Positions 1-13,109 of a stretch of 64,000 bases of DNA are shown here, in pieces. Numbering within the stretch: the first letter of the stretch is position 1; each line of letters begins with the position of its first letter. The stretch is taken from positions 236,160,001-236,224,000 of the forward strand of contig CM097885.1 of the NCBI GenBank assembly GCA_044892525.1. Reading direction: 5' to 3'. The position numbers were made by a program, and so were the translations under genes. Origin of the DNA: Schmidtea polychroa. Taxonomy: Eukaryota. The notes below the pieces were generated by a model that saw only the letters and a list, made by a program, of their open reading frames with translations, was not told the origin of the DNA and made no database searches.

Positions 1-389
1 AACCAACCAGTTACCTGATACCAAGTACTTACAACTAGTTACTAACAACCAGATACCTACAACTAGTTACTAGATACCAAGTACTTACAACCGACAACAA
101 CCAGTTACTAAGCATTATTAACCAACTACTAAGTACTAACAACTAACTACCACCTACCAAGTACTAACAATCAAAACAACCAAGTACTAACAACCAACAA
201 CAACCAGCTAACAACTAACTACCACCTACCAAGTACTTACAATTAGTTACTAACAACCAGTTACCTGATACCAAGTACTTACAACCAACATCAACCAGGT
301 ACTAAGCATCATCAACTAACTACTAAGTACCTACAACCAACATCAACCAGGTACTAGATACCAAGTACTAACAACCAAGTAACTTACCT
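1..389. repeat. AC-rich complex satellite, reverse complement of the 10942-12300 satellite, truncated by the window edge
   Basis: Recurrent AACAACC/AAGTACT/AACTAGTTACT words; 226-338 matches the reverse complement of ~11259-11369. Confidence 0.9.
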
Positions 390-723
390 AGTACTAAGCA
401 CTGTCAACTAGATACCAAACACTTACAACCAGATGACCACATGAAATTATTGGTTAAATATGAAAATAAGGATTATATTTAGTTGTTTAGTAAATTATGG
501 TGTAAAATTAAGAAATAAAGAATAATTAGGTAAATTAAGGATAAGTAAATTAAAGTTAAAAATTTTAAATTAAAGAAAACAATGGTTCAAAATTTAAATT
601 AAAGCTAAAGTAAGATTTTTAAATTTATTATCAAAAGATTGAATAACCACCAACTTTTTTGAGAAATGTAATTTATAATGAAAATTTAAATGGAAATTTA
701 AATGGAATAATAATAATAATAAT

Positions 724-782
<59 letters not shown>

Positions 783-3049
783 TACTAATAATTCAACAGT
801 TACCAACAATCGGTTACTGATTATTTTTTAACTAGGTGCTAACAAATACTTACACCATGATACCACGTACTAACTAACTCTCAAACAACCAGATACTTAC
901 AACTAACTACTAAATATTCTTTATTGTATTTTATGAAATGCTTTTTAAATTAATTTTTTATCTATCTTCAAAAATATATTTAATTACAATCATTAGAAAA
1001 ACCTTTTCAAATTTAACAAAAATGTTGATTTTCATCAAAAAAACCACAACTCATCACCACGTGGAATTCAAAATAATTTTAATTACAATGAAAGACTAAT
1101 GAAATCTAATTTACAAAACATTCTTCTTTTAAATGATAACTTATTATTGCAATGTAAAAATCGCATTCAATAAAAACTTATTGTTGATCAGTTTTATTAT
1201 ATATACTCTGAGTTTATCCGACAGGATGTTTTGACCCCCTAAGGGTACAGGTCGTAAGGGTACTGGTCGTAAGGGTATTAGTCGTAAGGGTACTAGTCGT
1301 AGGGGTATTGGTAACACTCAACCCCCATCTACCCATTAACCACCTAACAAGTACCAACAACCAAGTCTCAAACAACTAAATACTAAACACTAACAACCAA
1401 CAACAACCAGACACTAAGCATTATCAACCTACAACTATATAACAACAATCAGTAAACAACACTGTACCAACTACCAAATACAAGAAACCAACAACTTAGT
1501 ACCAACAATCAACTAACAACACATAAAAATAATAGCAATTAAATAAAAAAAATTATTCTTCATCGCATACACTATTTTCTTATCAAAATCTAAAAAGTCA
1601 ACCAACTACTTACAACCAACAACTATGTACTAACAAATTGATCTTTAAAAGCAAATACTCATCACTTGAAAAAATTAGATGAAAAATTAATTGAACTCAA
1701 GGCACTTTTAAGATATTTGAACTCAAGGCATCAATAACTTGGTAAAAATTGATTAAATTATTGTAAAAATTTAAATTATTCAAAATATACTAAATTAAAA
1801 AAAATATAATTAATGGACAAGAAAGAACTTTAAATTCTAGTCATTGATCATTCAAGTTAATATGAATCAACTAAGATAATAAATTAATAAGAATTTTGAA
1901 ATAAGATCTAGTAGATAATTGATTTAGATTGAATAAATTAATTGAAATAAAATTAATTTTAATTATTTTTTTTTTAAAAGTAATACATGTACTCAAATTG
2001 ATTGACTAATTTCTCAATATATTCAAAAAATCTGTATGAATTCATTACAATTATCAAAGTCAGCAATCTACAATAAAAATAATTATCATTAAATTTCAAA
2101 AGAGACTAGAAAACTAATGATAAAATCTATCAAACCAGTAAATTCATTTAAATGACAATAATTGGTATATCCAAGTGAATTCTCTAATAAAATCATCTAA
2201 AAAGCATCAAATTTCCCTGAAATATCTATATCTTTTAAGATTAGTATCTTATCGATAAGTACTTGTTAAAGATCATATATTCACCTCAAACTAACAAGAT
2301 TCCTTAAAATCCCTTAAATGGCTATATTTCAACCCTTAATTCGTATTATTACAAATATCATCTAAAAAGCATCAAATTTCATTGAAATAACTCTATCCTT
2401 AAAGATTGATATTTTAATGACAAGTACCCTTAAAAGGTTATATATTTACCTCAGACTAATAAGATTGCTTAAAATCCCTTAAATGACTATAATTCTAACT
2501 TTAATTCGTATTATCACGAATATTTCCCTATAAAACATGTAAAATCATTAACCCTAAATAATTTATAAAATCTAATGATAAAACTGGTTATAATTAATTT
2601 TTTGTTAATCACTGTACTCGATATTTTAAATAAATATTACTACAATATAACTGACTAGGTCCCATTGAAAGATTAAATTTATCCATTCAATAAAATATAT
2701 TTCTTCAAATGATCATTTTTACCAATATTCAACCGATTTAATTACTAATTAAAATCAAGATTCCTTCCAATAAAGATCAATTTTATTTAGTCGATGTTTT
2801 AAGTCCATATTTCTAAACTTTTGTCATTCTCCGCCTAAATAAAGATAAAAATAAATTAAAGTTGATATCAATCCCATTTATCTGTAAAGTTTTCATCGTC
2901 AAAACCAAGTAAATCGACATTGTTCTAAAACATAAATCTAAATTCATATACAATGAATTAATCACAACCTAATAAAACAATATAATTATTATTGATACAT
3001 AACTGACTAATTGACATTTCCCTTAAAACATTGATATTTTACCAACAGC

Positions 3050-3490
3050 ATACTTAAAAAATCATATATTCCCATCTTAACCCATCTCTCATTAAATTCA
3101 ATCGACTATATCCCCCTTACAATGATATATTCCCAACTTATCTGATCTCTCATTAAAATCAATCGACTATATCTCCCTTACAATGATATATTTCCATCTT
3201 ATCTGATCTCTCATTAAATCTAACCGACTATATCCCCTTAAAAAATCATATATTCCCACCTTATCTGATCTCTCATTAAATCTAACCGACTATATCCCTT
3301 TAAAAATCATATATTCCCATCTTAACCCATCCCTCATTAAATCTCACCGACAATATCCCATCTTATCCGATCTCTCAGCAAATATTTCTACCCCCCTCAT
3401 TAAATTTAACCGACAATATCCCATCTTATCCGATCTCTCAGCAAATAATTCTACCCTTTTAAACATCTATCCGATTATATCCCTTATTTT
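3050..3490. repeat. ~62-bp minisatellite within the left palindrome arm (mirror at ~7830-8270)
   Basis: Tandem ATATATTCCCATCTTATCTGATCTCTCATTAAATCTAACCGACTATATCCCCTT-like units. Confidence 0.9.
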
Positions 3491-4239
3491 CCCTAAAGAT
3501 TCCGCCCACTTGAGCCCTTTAATATATATCAATCCTCTTAAAATCCTCAGAGAAATTCAAAAATATGACTTTTAATTAATTGTTATAGAACCAGACAAAT
3601 AATAAGAGCCCATTAAAAGATCAAAATTCACTAAATTTTCTACAAATATTTACCATCAAATACTGGAGATGATATATATTGATTGATCATAATTCTTCAT
3701 CGATTCAGCCAATCATTTTCAAGCAATAACAGCAAACTAAATTTCTTTATATCCTACAATAATTATCACGTAAATTTAAAGTCATTGATAAAGTTGGTTT
3801 CTTAGCTTATGTTTTTGAAAGATCATCAATGTGTAAATATTCTTAGAAAATTATTGAAAAATTATTTATTCAAATATATTACAAAGTTATCATCAGAAAT
3901 TTATTCTATCACTTAATTATTAACCTAATTGTCAATGAAATTAATTTTTATTTAAAAACTATTCAATAAAATACAACTAATTATCAAGAAATTAATTAAA
4001 TTTATCAATTAAATTTATCACCATTAAAACTTTTAATCAGTCAACATGAAATTCTTAGAAAATTATTCAATATCCTCATCAAAATTTATCCTACCACTTG
4101 ATTATTGTACAAACTTTAATTATTAACCTCATTAAAAATAAATTTTTATTTAAAATTAAAAAACAAGTCAATAAAAATACATTCAATTATCAAGAAATTA
4201 ATTAAATTTACCTTAGAATTAGCATTAAATTACAGATAT

Positions 4240-4490
4240 TCACAAAAATTACGGAAATTCATGAAAATAATGGAAATTCACAAAAATAATAGAAATTCAC
4301 AAAATTGATAAAAATTCACAAAAAACGATAAAAATTCACAAGAATGATAGAAATTCACAAAAATAATAGAAATTCACAAAATTGATAAAAATTCACAAAA
4401 AACGATAAAAATTCACAAGAATGATAGAAATTCACAAGAATGATAAAAATCCACAAGAATAATAGAAATTCACAAAAAAGATAGAAATTT
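4240..4490. repeat. ~21-bp minisatellite within the left arm (mirror at ~6830-7080)
   Basis: Tandem AAATTCACAAAAATAATAGA-like units. Confidence 0.9.
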
Positions 4491-7400
4491 ACTTGAATAA
4501 AACCATCAACTCTAAAATTTATCAATGAATGCCTTATACAAATTTGCCTAAATAATCATTCAAATAAAAACATTAAATACCTTTACGACTAATACCCTTG
4601 CGACATGTTGAATGTGAGTAGTACCCTTGTGAGCAATACCCATAGGGGGACAGAATATTTTGTCGGATAAACTCAGAGTATATATTAATTAACTCATTTT
4701 TCATTGAATCAGTCAAATTATCATAAATTTCGATAAAAATTCTAAAGTGGTAAGCAATGTAAAGAGAAATATTCTTTAAACTTTGATAAAATTAACAATG
4801 AAGGTGGTAAGAATCTTCATTAAAGTGAGGAAATTATTCATTACTCGATTCAAATGGGTGAAAATAATTGGTAGAATAATTCATTAATGGATCATTGAAT
4901 GGGCATAGATAAGAAGAAAGTTGATAAGAATGGAAATATATTAATTGAATTTATTTAAAATTATTTCATAAAATTCATAAATTTAATAAAAAAAGAAATA
5001 TTTGTGGGGAATAATTAATCAAAATCGGGGGGGGGGAATATAGGGATTAAATAGTAGAGAATAATAGTGAATATAAGTGAGGAGGATATATAATTTAAGC
5101 TAGTTTATTACATAACAAGCCGTGACTAGTCTATTACATAACAACCCGCGACTATTTTATTGCATAACAAGCTGTGAATGGTATTTTACCAACATTTTAC
5201 TAAATTTTTAAAGTATGTAATTTAATTTTAATTATATTTTAAAATTGTATATATTTTCAATATCATTCTATTGTTTTATTCCAATAATAAGTTTAAAAAG
5301 TATATAATGATTATTAAATTAATATCTTGTTAACATTTATTTGAGAATTTAAAAAACTTTACTTAAAATTTGTGAAGTATTTAATTTTGATTGTATTTTA
5401 TAAGACAAATATTTGAGTATTAACTTATTTTGATTGAAGTATCATATTTAATATTATGATGATTGTTTTCTAAATTAAAATATTTTAGTGTAAAATAGTA
5501 AATTTAATAATGAATAGAATACAATATTAAAGGACTTTTTGAAAAAAAAAGTAACTTTTAATATCTAATCAATAAGTTTTAAAAGTCTATAACTGATAAT
5601 ACACTTATTTCTTATTCACATTTACTTATAAAATTTATATTTTTAAATTTAGTGTAAAAGTATTTAATTTTTATTGTAATTTATAAAAATCATCTATTTG
5701 AATAGTTATCTTATTTTGATTAAAAAGGGTAATATAATTAATAATATGATAATTGTTTTTGAAATATTTAACGTAAAATAATAAATTTATTAATAAATAG
5801 CTATTATTACAATATTAAAGGACTTAGTCATAATTTTGAAAAAAAAATAACCTAAGTTACTTTTTATTTCTATTACGTAATTCCGTCAATAAGTATGTAA
5901 CTGGTAATAGATTAATTTCTTATTTACATTATTTGAAAATTTGAAAAACTTATAAAATTTATATATTTTAAATTTAGTGGAAAGTATTTAATTTTAACTG
6001 AATTTTATAAAAAGGTATATAATTGATCTTATTTTGATTGAAAAGGGTAATTGATTTAGAAATTATTTAGTGTAAATCAAAACATTTAAATTATTAAGGT
6101 ATTAAAGTACTTATTCAAAAATTATAAAAAAGACCTAATCAATAATTTTCAATAAAATACCATTCACAGCTTGTTATGTAATAAACTAGACGCGGCTTGT
6201 TATGTAATAAACTAGTTTAAATTATATATCCTCCTCACTTATATCCCCCGATTCTCTATTTTCCACTAATTATTATCACTTATATTCCCCCCGATTTTGA
6301 TTAATTATTCCCCACAAATATTTCTTTTTTTATTAAATTTATGAATTTTATGAAATAATTTTAAATAAATTCAATTAATATATTTCCATTCTTATCAACT
6401 TTCTTCTTATCTATGCCCATTCAATGATCCATTAATGAATTATTCTACCAATTATTTTCACCCATTTGAATCGAGTAATGAATAATTTCCTCACTTTAAT
6501 GAAGATTCTTACCACCTTCATTGTTAATTTTATCAAAGTTTAAAGAATATTTCTCTTTACATTGCTTACCACTTTAGAATTTTTATCGAAATTTATGATA
6601 ATTTGACTGATTCAATGAAAAATGAGTTAATTAATATATACTCTGAGTTTATCCGACAAAATATTCTGTCCCCCTATGGGTATTGCTCACAAGGGTACTA
6701 CTCACATTCAACATGTCGCAAGGGTATTAGTCGTAAAGGTATTTAATGTTTTTATTTGAATGATTATTTAGGCAAATTTGTATAAGGCATTCATTGATAA
6801 ATTTTAGAGTTGATGGTTTTATTCAAGTAAATTTCTATCTTTTTTGTGAATTTCTATTATTCTTGTGGATTTTTATCATTCTTGTGAATTTCTATCATTC
6901 TTGTGAATTTTTATCGTTTTTTGTGAATTTTTATCAATTTTGTGAATTTCTATTATTTTTGTGAATTTCTATCATTCTTGTGAATTTTTATCGTTTTTTG
7001 TGAATTTTTATCAATTTTGTGAATTTCTATTATTTTTGTGAATTTCCATTATTTTCATGAATTTCCGTAATTTTTGTGAATATCTGTAATTTAATGCTAA
7101 TTCTAAGGTAAATTTAATTAATTTCTTGATAATTGAATGTATTTTTATTGACTTGTTTTTTAATTTTAAATAAAAATTTATTTTTAATGAGGTTAATAAT
7201 TAAAGTTTGTACAATAATCAAGTGGTAGGATAAATTTTGATGAGGATATTGAATAATTTTCTAAGAATTTCATGTTGACTGATTAAAAGTTTTAATGGTG
7301 ATAAATTTAATTGATAAATTTAATTAATTTCTTGATAATTAGTTGTATTTTATTGAATAGTTTTTAAATAAAAATTAATTTCATTGACAATTAGGTTAAT

Positions 7401-10400
7401 AATTAAGTGATAGAATAAATTTCTGATGATAACTTTGTAATATATTTGAATAAATAATTTTTCAATAATTTTCTAAGAATATTTACACATTGATGATCTT
7501 TCAAAAACATAAGCTAAGAAACCAACTTTATCAATGACTTTAAATTTACGTGATAATTATTGTAGGATATAAAGAAATTTAGTTTGCTGTTATTGCTTGA
7601 AAATGATTGGCTGAATCGATGAAGAATTATGATCAATCAATATATATCATCTCCAGTATTTGATGGTAAATATTTGTAGAAAATTTAGTGAATTTTGATC
7701 TTTTAATGGGCTCTTATTATTTGTCTGGTTCTATAACAATTAATTAAAAGTCATATTTTTGAATTTCTCTGAGGATTTTAAGAGGATTGATATATATTAA
7801 AGGGCTCAAGTGGGCGGAATCTTTAGGGAAAATAAGGGATATAATCGGATAGATGTTTAAAAGGGTAGAATTATTTGCTGAGAGATCGGATAAGATGGGA
7901 TATTGTCGGTTAAATTTAATGAGGGGGGTAGAAATATTTGCTGAGAGATCGGATAAGATGGGATATTGTCGGTGAGATTTAATGAGGGATGGGTTAAGAT
8001 GGGAATATATGATTTTTAAAGGGATATAGTCGGTTAGATTTAATGAGAGATCAGATAAGGTGGGAATATATGATTTTTTAAGGGGATATAGTCGGTTAGA
8101 TTTAATGAGAGATCAGATAAGATGGAAATATATCATTGTAAGGGAGATATAGTCGATTGATTTTAATGAGAGATCAGATAAGTTGGGAATATATCATTGT
8201 AAGGGGGATATAGTCGATTGAATTTAATGAGAGATGGGTTAAGATGGGAATATATGATTTTTTAAGTATGCTGTTGGTAAAATATCAATGTTTTAAGGGA
8301 AATGTCAATTAGTCAGTTATGTATCAATAATAATTATATTGTTTTATTAGGTTGTGATTAATTCATTGTATATGAATTTAGATTTATGTTTTAGAACAAT
8401 GTCGATTTACTTGGTTTTGACGATGAAAACTTTACAGATAAATGGGATTGATATCAACTTTAATTTATTTTTATCTTTATTTAGGCGGAGAATGACAAAA
8501 GTTTAGAAATATGGACTTAAAACATCGACTAAATAAAATTGATCTTTATTGGAAGGAATCTTGATTTTAATTAGTAATTAAATCGGTTGAATATTGGTAA
8601 AAATGATCATTTGAAGAAATATATTTTATTGAATGGATAAATTTAATCTTTCAATGGGACCTAGTCAGTTATATTGTAGTAATATTTATTTAAAATATCG
8701 AGTACAGTGATTAACAAAAAATTAATTATAACCAGTTTTATCATTAGATTTTATAAATTATTTAGGGTTAATGATTTTACATGTTTTATAGGGAAATATT
8801 CGTGATAATACGAATTAAAGTTAGAATTATAGTCATTTAAGGGATTTTAAGCAATCTTATTAGTCTGAGGTAAATATATAACCTTTTAAGGGTACTTGTC
8901 ATTAAAATATCAATCTTTAAGGATAGAGTTATTTCAATGAAATTTGATGCTTTTTAGATGATATTTGTAATAATACGAATTAAGGGTTGAAATATAGCCA
9001 TTTAAGGGATTTTAAGGAATCTTGTTAGTTTGAGGTGAATATATGATCTTTAACAAGTACTTATCGATAAGATACTAATCTTAAAAGATATAGATATTTC
9101 AGGGAAATTTGATGCTTTTTAGATGATTTTATTAGAGAATTCACTTGGATATACCAATTATTGTCATTTAAATGAATTTACTGGTTTGATAGATTTTATC
9201 ATTAGTTTTCTAGTCTCTTTTGAAATTTAATGATAATTATTTTTATTGTAGATTGCTGACTTTGATAATTGTAATGAATTCATACAGATTTTTTGAATAT
9301 ATTGAGAAATTAGTCAATCAATTTGAGTACATGTATTACTTTTAAAAAAAAAATAATTAAAATTAATTTTATTTCAATTAATTTATTCAATCTAAATCAA
9401 TTATCTACTAGATCTTATTTCAAAATTCTTATTAATTTATTATCTTAGTTGATTCATATTAACTTGAATGATCAATGACTAGAATTTAAAGTTCTTTCTT
9501 GTCCATTAATTATATTTTTTTAATTTAGTATATTTTGAATAATTTAAATTTTTACAATAATTTAATCAATTTTTACCAAGTTATTGATGCCTTGAGTTCA
9601 AATATCTTAAAAGTGCCTTGAGTTCAATTAATTTTTCATCTAATTTTTTCAAGTGATGAGTATTTGCTTTTAAAGATCAATTTGTTAGTACATAGTTGTT
9701 GGTTGTAAGTAGTTGGTTGACTTTTTAGATTTTGATAAGAAAATAGTGTATGCGATGAAGAATAATTTTTTTTATTTAATTGCTATTATTTTTATGTGTT
9801 GTTAGTTGATTGTTGGTACTAAGTTGTTGGTTTCTTGTATTTGGTAGTTGGTACAGTGTTGTTTACTGATTGTTGTTATATAGTTGTAGGTTGATAATGC
9901 TTAGTGTCTGGTTGTTGTTGGTTGTTAGTGTTTAGTATTTAGTTGTTTGAGACTTGGTTGTTGGTACTTGTTAGGTGGTTAATGGGTAGATGGGGGTTGA
10001 GTGTTACCAATACCCCTACGACTAGTACCCTTACGACTAATACCCTTACGACCAGTACCCTTACGACCTGTACCCTTAGGGGGGTCAAAACATCCTGTCG
10101 GATAAACTCAGAGTATATATAATAAAACTGATCAACAATAAGTATTTATTGAATGCGATTTTTACATTGCAATAATAAGTTATCATTTAAAAGAAGAATG
10201 TTTTGTAAATTAGATTTCATTAGTCTTTCATTGTAATTAAAATTATTTTGAATTCCACGTGGTGATGAGTTGTGGTTTTTTTGATGAAAATCAACATTTT
10301 TGTTAAATTTGAAAAGGTTTTTCTAATGATTGTAATTAAATATATTTTTGAAGATAGATAAAAAATTAATTTAAAAAGCATTTCATAAAATACAATAAAG

Positions 10401-10536
10401 AATATTTAGTAGTTAGTTGTAAGTATCTGGTTGTTTGAGAGTTAGTTAGTACGTGGTATCATGGTGTAAGTATTTGTTAGCACCTAGTTAAAAAATAATC
10501 AGTAACCGATTGTTGGTAACTGTTGAATTATTAGTA

Positions 10537-10607
<71 letters not shown>

Positions 10608-10941
10608 ATTATTATTATTATTATTCCATTTAAATTTCCATTTAAATTTTCATTATAAATTACATTTCTCAAAAAAGTTGGTGGTTATTCAATCTTTTGA
10701 TAATAAATTTAAAAATCTTACTTTAGCTTTAATTTAAATTTTGAACCATTGTTTTCTTTAATTTAAAATTTTTAACTTTAATTTACTTATCCTTAATTTA
10801 CCTAATTATTCTTTATTTCTTAATTTTACACCATAATTTACTAAACAACTAAATATAATCCTTATTTTCATATTTAACCAATAATTTCATGTGGTCATCT
10901 GGTTGTAAGTGTTTGGTATCTAGTTGACAGTGCTTAGTACT

Positions 10942-12300
10942 TGTTATCTAGTTGTTAGTACTTGGTTGATAATGCTTAGTACCTGGTTGATGTTGGTTAT
11001 ATGTACTTGGTATCTAGTTGTTAGTAACTAGTTGTATGTAATTAATGCTTAGTAGTTGGTAACTGGTTGTTAGTACTTGGTAGGTGGTTGTTAGTTGGTT
11101 GTAGGTACTTAGTAGGTACTCTAGTTGGTTGATAATGCTTAGTACCTGGTTGTTGTTGGTTGTTAGTACTTGGTATCTAGTACCTAGTTGGTTGGTTGTT
11201 AGTAACTAGTTGTAAGTACTTGGTAGCAGGTAACTGGTTTTTAGTATCTAGTTGTAGGTTGTAGGTACTTAGTAGTTAGTTGATGATGCTTAGTACCTGG
11301 TTGATGTTGGTTGTAAGTACTTGGTATCAGGTAACTGGTTGTTAGTAACTAATTGTAAGTACTTGGTAGCAGGTAACTAGTTGTTAGTAACTAGTTGTAA
11401 GTACTTGGTAGTTGGTAGTAAGTACTTGGTTGATGTTTGTTGTAAGTACTTGGTATCTAGTACCTAGTTGGTTGTTTTTGGTTGTTAGTACTTAGTAGTT
11501 GGTTGTAGGTACTTGTTAGGTGGTTAATGGGTAGATGGTTGTAGGTACTTCGTAACTGTTTGTTAGTATCTAGTTGTAGGTACCTGGTTGATGTTGGTTG
11601 TATGTACTTGTTAGGTGGTTTTAGGTACTTGGTTGATGTTGGTTGTATGTACTTGTTAGGTCGTTGTTAGTACTTAGTTGTTGGTTGTAAGTAGTAGGTA
11701 TCTGGTTGTTAGTTGTTAGCTGGTTGTAGCTAGTTAATGGGTAGGTGGTTGTAGGTACTTCGTAACTGTTTGTTAGTATCTAGTTGTAGGTACCTGGTTG
11801 ATGTTGGTTGTATGTACTTGTTAGGTGGTTTTAGGTACTTGGTTGATAATGCTTAGTACCTAGTTGTTGTAGGTTGTTAGTACTTGGTATCTAGTACCTG
11901 GTTGTTGTTAGTTGTTAGTACTTGGTAGCTAGTTAATAGGTAGGTGGTTGTAGGTACTTAGTAGTTGGTAGCTAGTTGTTTTTGATTGTTAGTACTTGGT
12001 AGCTAGTTGGTTGCTTGTTTTTGGTTGTTAGTAACTAGTTTTAAGTACTAGGTATCAGGTAACTGGTTGTTAGTATTTAGTTGTAAGTACTTGGTATCAG
12101 GTAACTAGTTGGTTGTAGGTACTTAGTAGTTGGTAACTGGTACCTGGTTGGTTGCTTGTTTTTGGTTGTTAGTACTTGTTAGGTGGTTGTATTTACTTAG
12201 TATCATGTAACTAGTTGTTAGTAACTAGTTGTAGGTATCTGGTTGTTAATATATGTTCGTAAGTTACTGGTTGTTGGTACTAAGTTGTTGGTTTGTTGTT
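10942..12300. repeat. GT-rich, strand-asymmetric complex satellite
   Basis: Permuted GGTTGTTAGTACTTGG / TAGTTGTAGGTAC words; internal near-exact duplication 11539-11635 vs ~11748-11845. Confidence 0.9.
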
Positions 12301-12329
12301 GAATTATTATTAAAATTTGTCTTTGATAA

Positions 12330-13100
12330 ATATGTCATAAAAATTTTCATTAAAAATTATCTTAAAAATTTCCATCTAAAATTATCATTGAAAAATATTT
12401 CATAAAAATTTACATTAAAAATTACTTAAAAAATTATTCCATAAAAATTTCCATTAAAAATTACCATTGAAAAATATTTCATTAAAATTTCTATTAAAAA
12501 TTACTTAAAAATTATTTCATAAAAATTTTCATTAAAAAATTTCAATTCTCAAACACCTTCTATTATTTTGTAATTAAATTTTAAAATCTTACTTTAATTT
12601 ACTTATTTAAAATTTTTTACCATTGATTACTTAATTTAAAAATTATTACTTTAATTTACTTATTTAAAATTTTTTACCATTGATTACTTAATTTAAAAAT
12701 TTGGACCATTATTTACTGTAATTTAATTTTTAAGAACTTAAATTTACTTTAATTTAAAAATTTGGACCATTATTTACTTTAATTGTAAAAAATCTGGACC
12801 ATAATTTACTGTAATTTAATATTTTAGAACAATAATTTACTTTAATTTAATTTTTAGAACCATTATTTACTGTAATTTAATTTTTAGACCCATAATTTAC
12901 TGTATTTGAAAAATTTGAACCATTGTTTTTTTTAATTTAAAATGTTTGACCATAATTTACTGTAATTTAATTTTTTAGGACCATAATTTACTGTAATTTA
13001 AAAATTTGAGCCATAATTTACTATAATCTAATTTTTAGAACCATAATTTACTTTAATTTTAAAATTTGGACCATTATTTACTTTAATTGAAAAATTTACC
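12330..13100. repeat. Two AT-rich tandem arrays (~21-bp CATTAAAAATT.. units, then ~33-bp ACCATAATTTACTGTAATTTAA.. units)
   Basis: Visible tandem periodicity at ~12330-12540 and ~12570-13100. Confidence 0.85.
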
Positions 13101-13109
13101 ACGTTTTTA

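Larger units (their letters stand above)
390..10941. repeat. Giant inverted repeat (palindrome): arms ~390-5042 and ~6281-10941, imperfect inner extension 5069-5188/6153-6244, ~1 kb loop
   Basis: Direct reverse-complement matches at every point checked (390-450 vs 10881-10941; 2281 vs 9038; 4661-4685 vs 6634-6658; 5026 vs 6293). Differences noticed: (AAT)n length (12 nt), one substitution near 1176, and three homopolymer lengths. Confidence 0.97.

Noticed and set aside
594..809. Poly-Leu ORF and its mirror at 10510-10737
   Set aside because: Translation of an (AAT)n microsatellite with a non-ATG start; duplicated only because of the palindrome.
10942..12300. True telomere array
   Set aside because: No tandem TTAGGG/TTAGG run, and the array is internal to further sequence.
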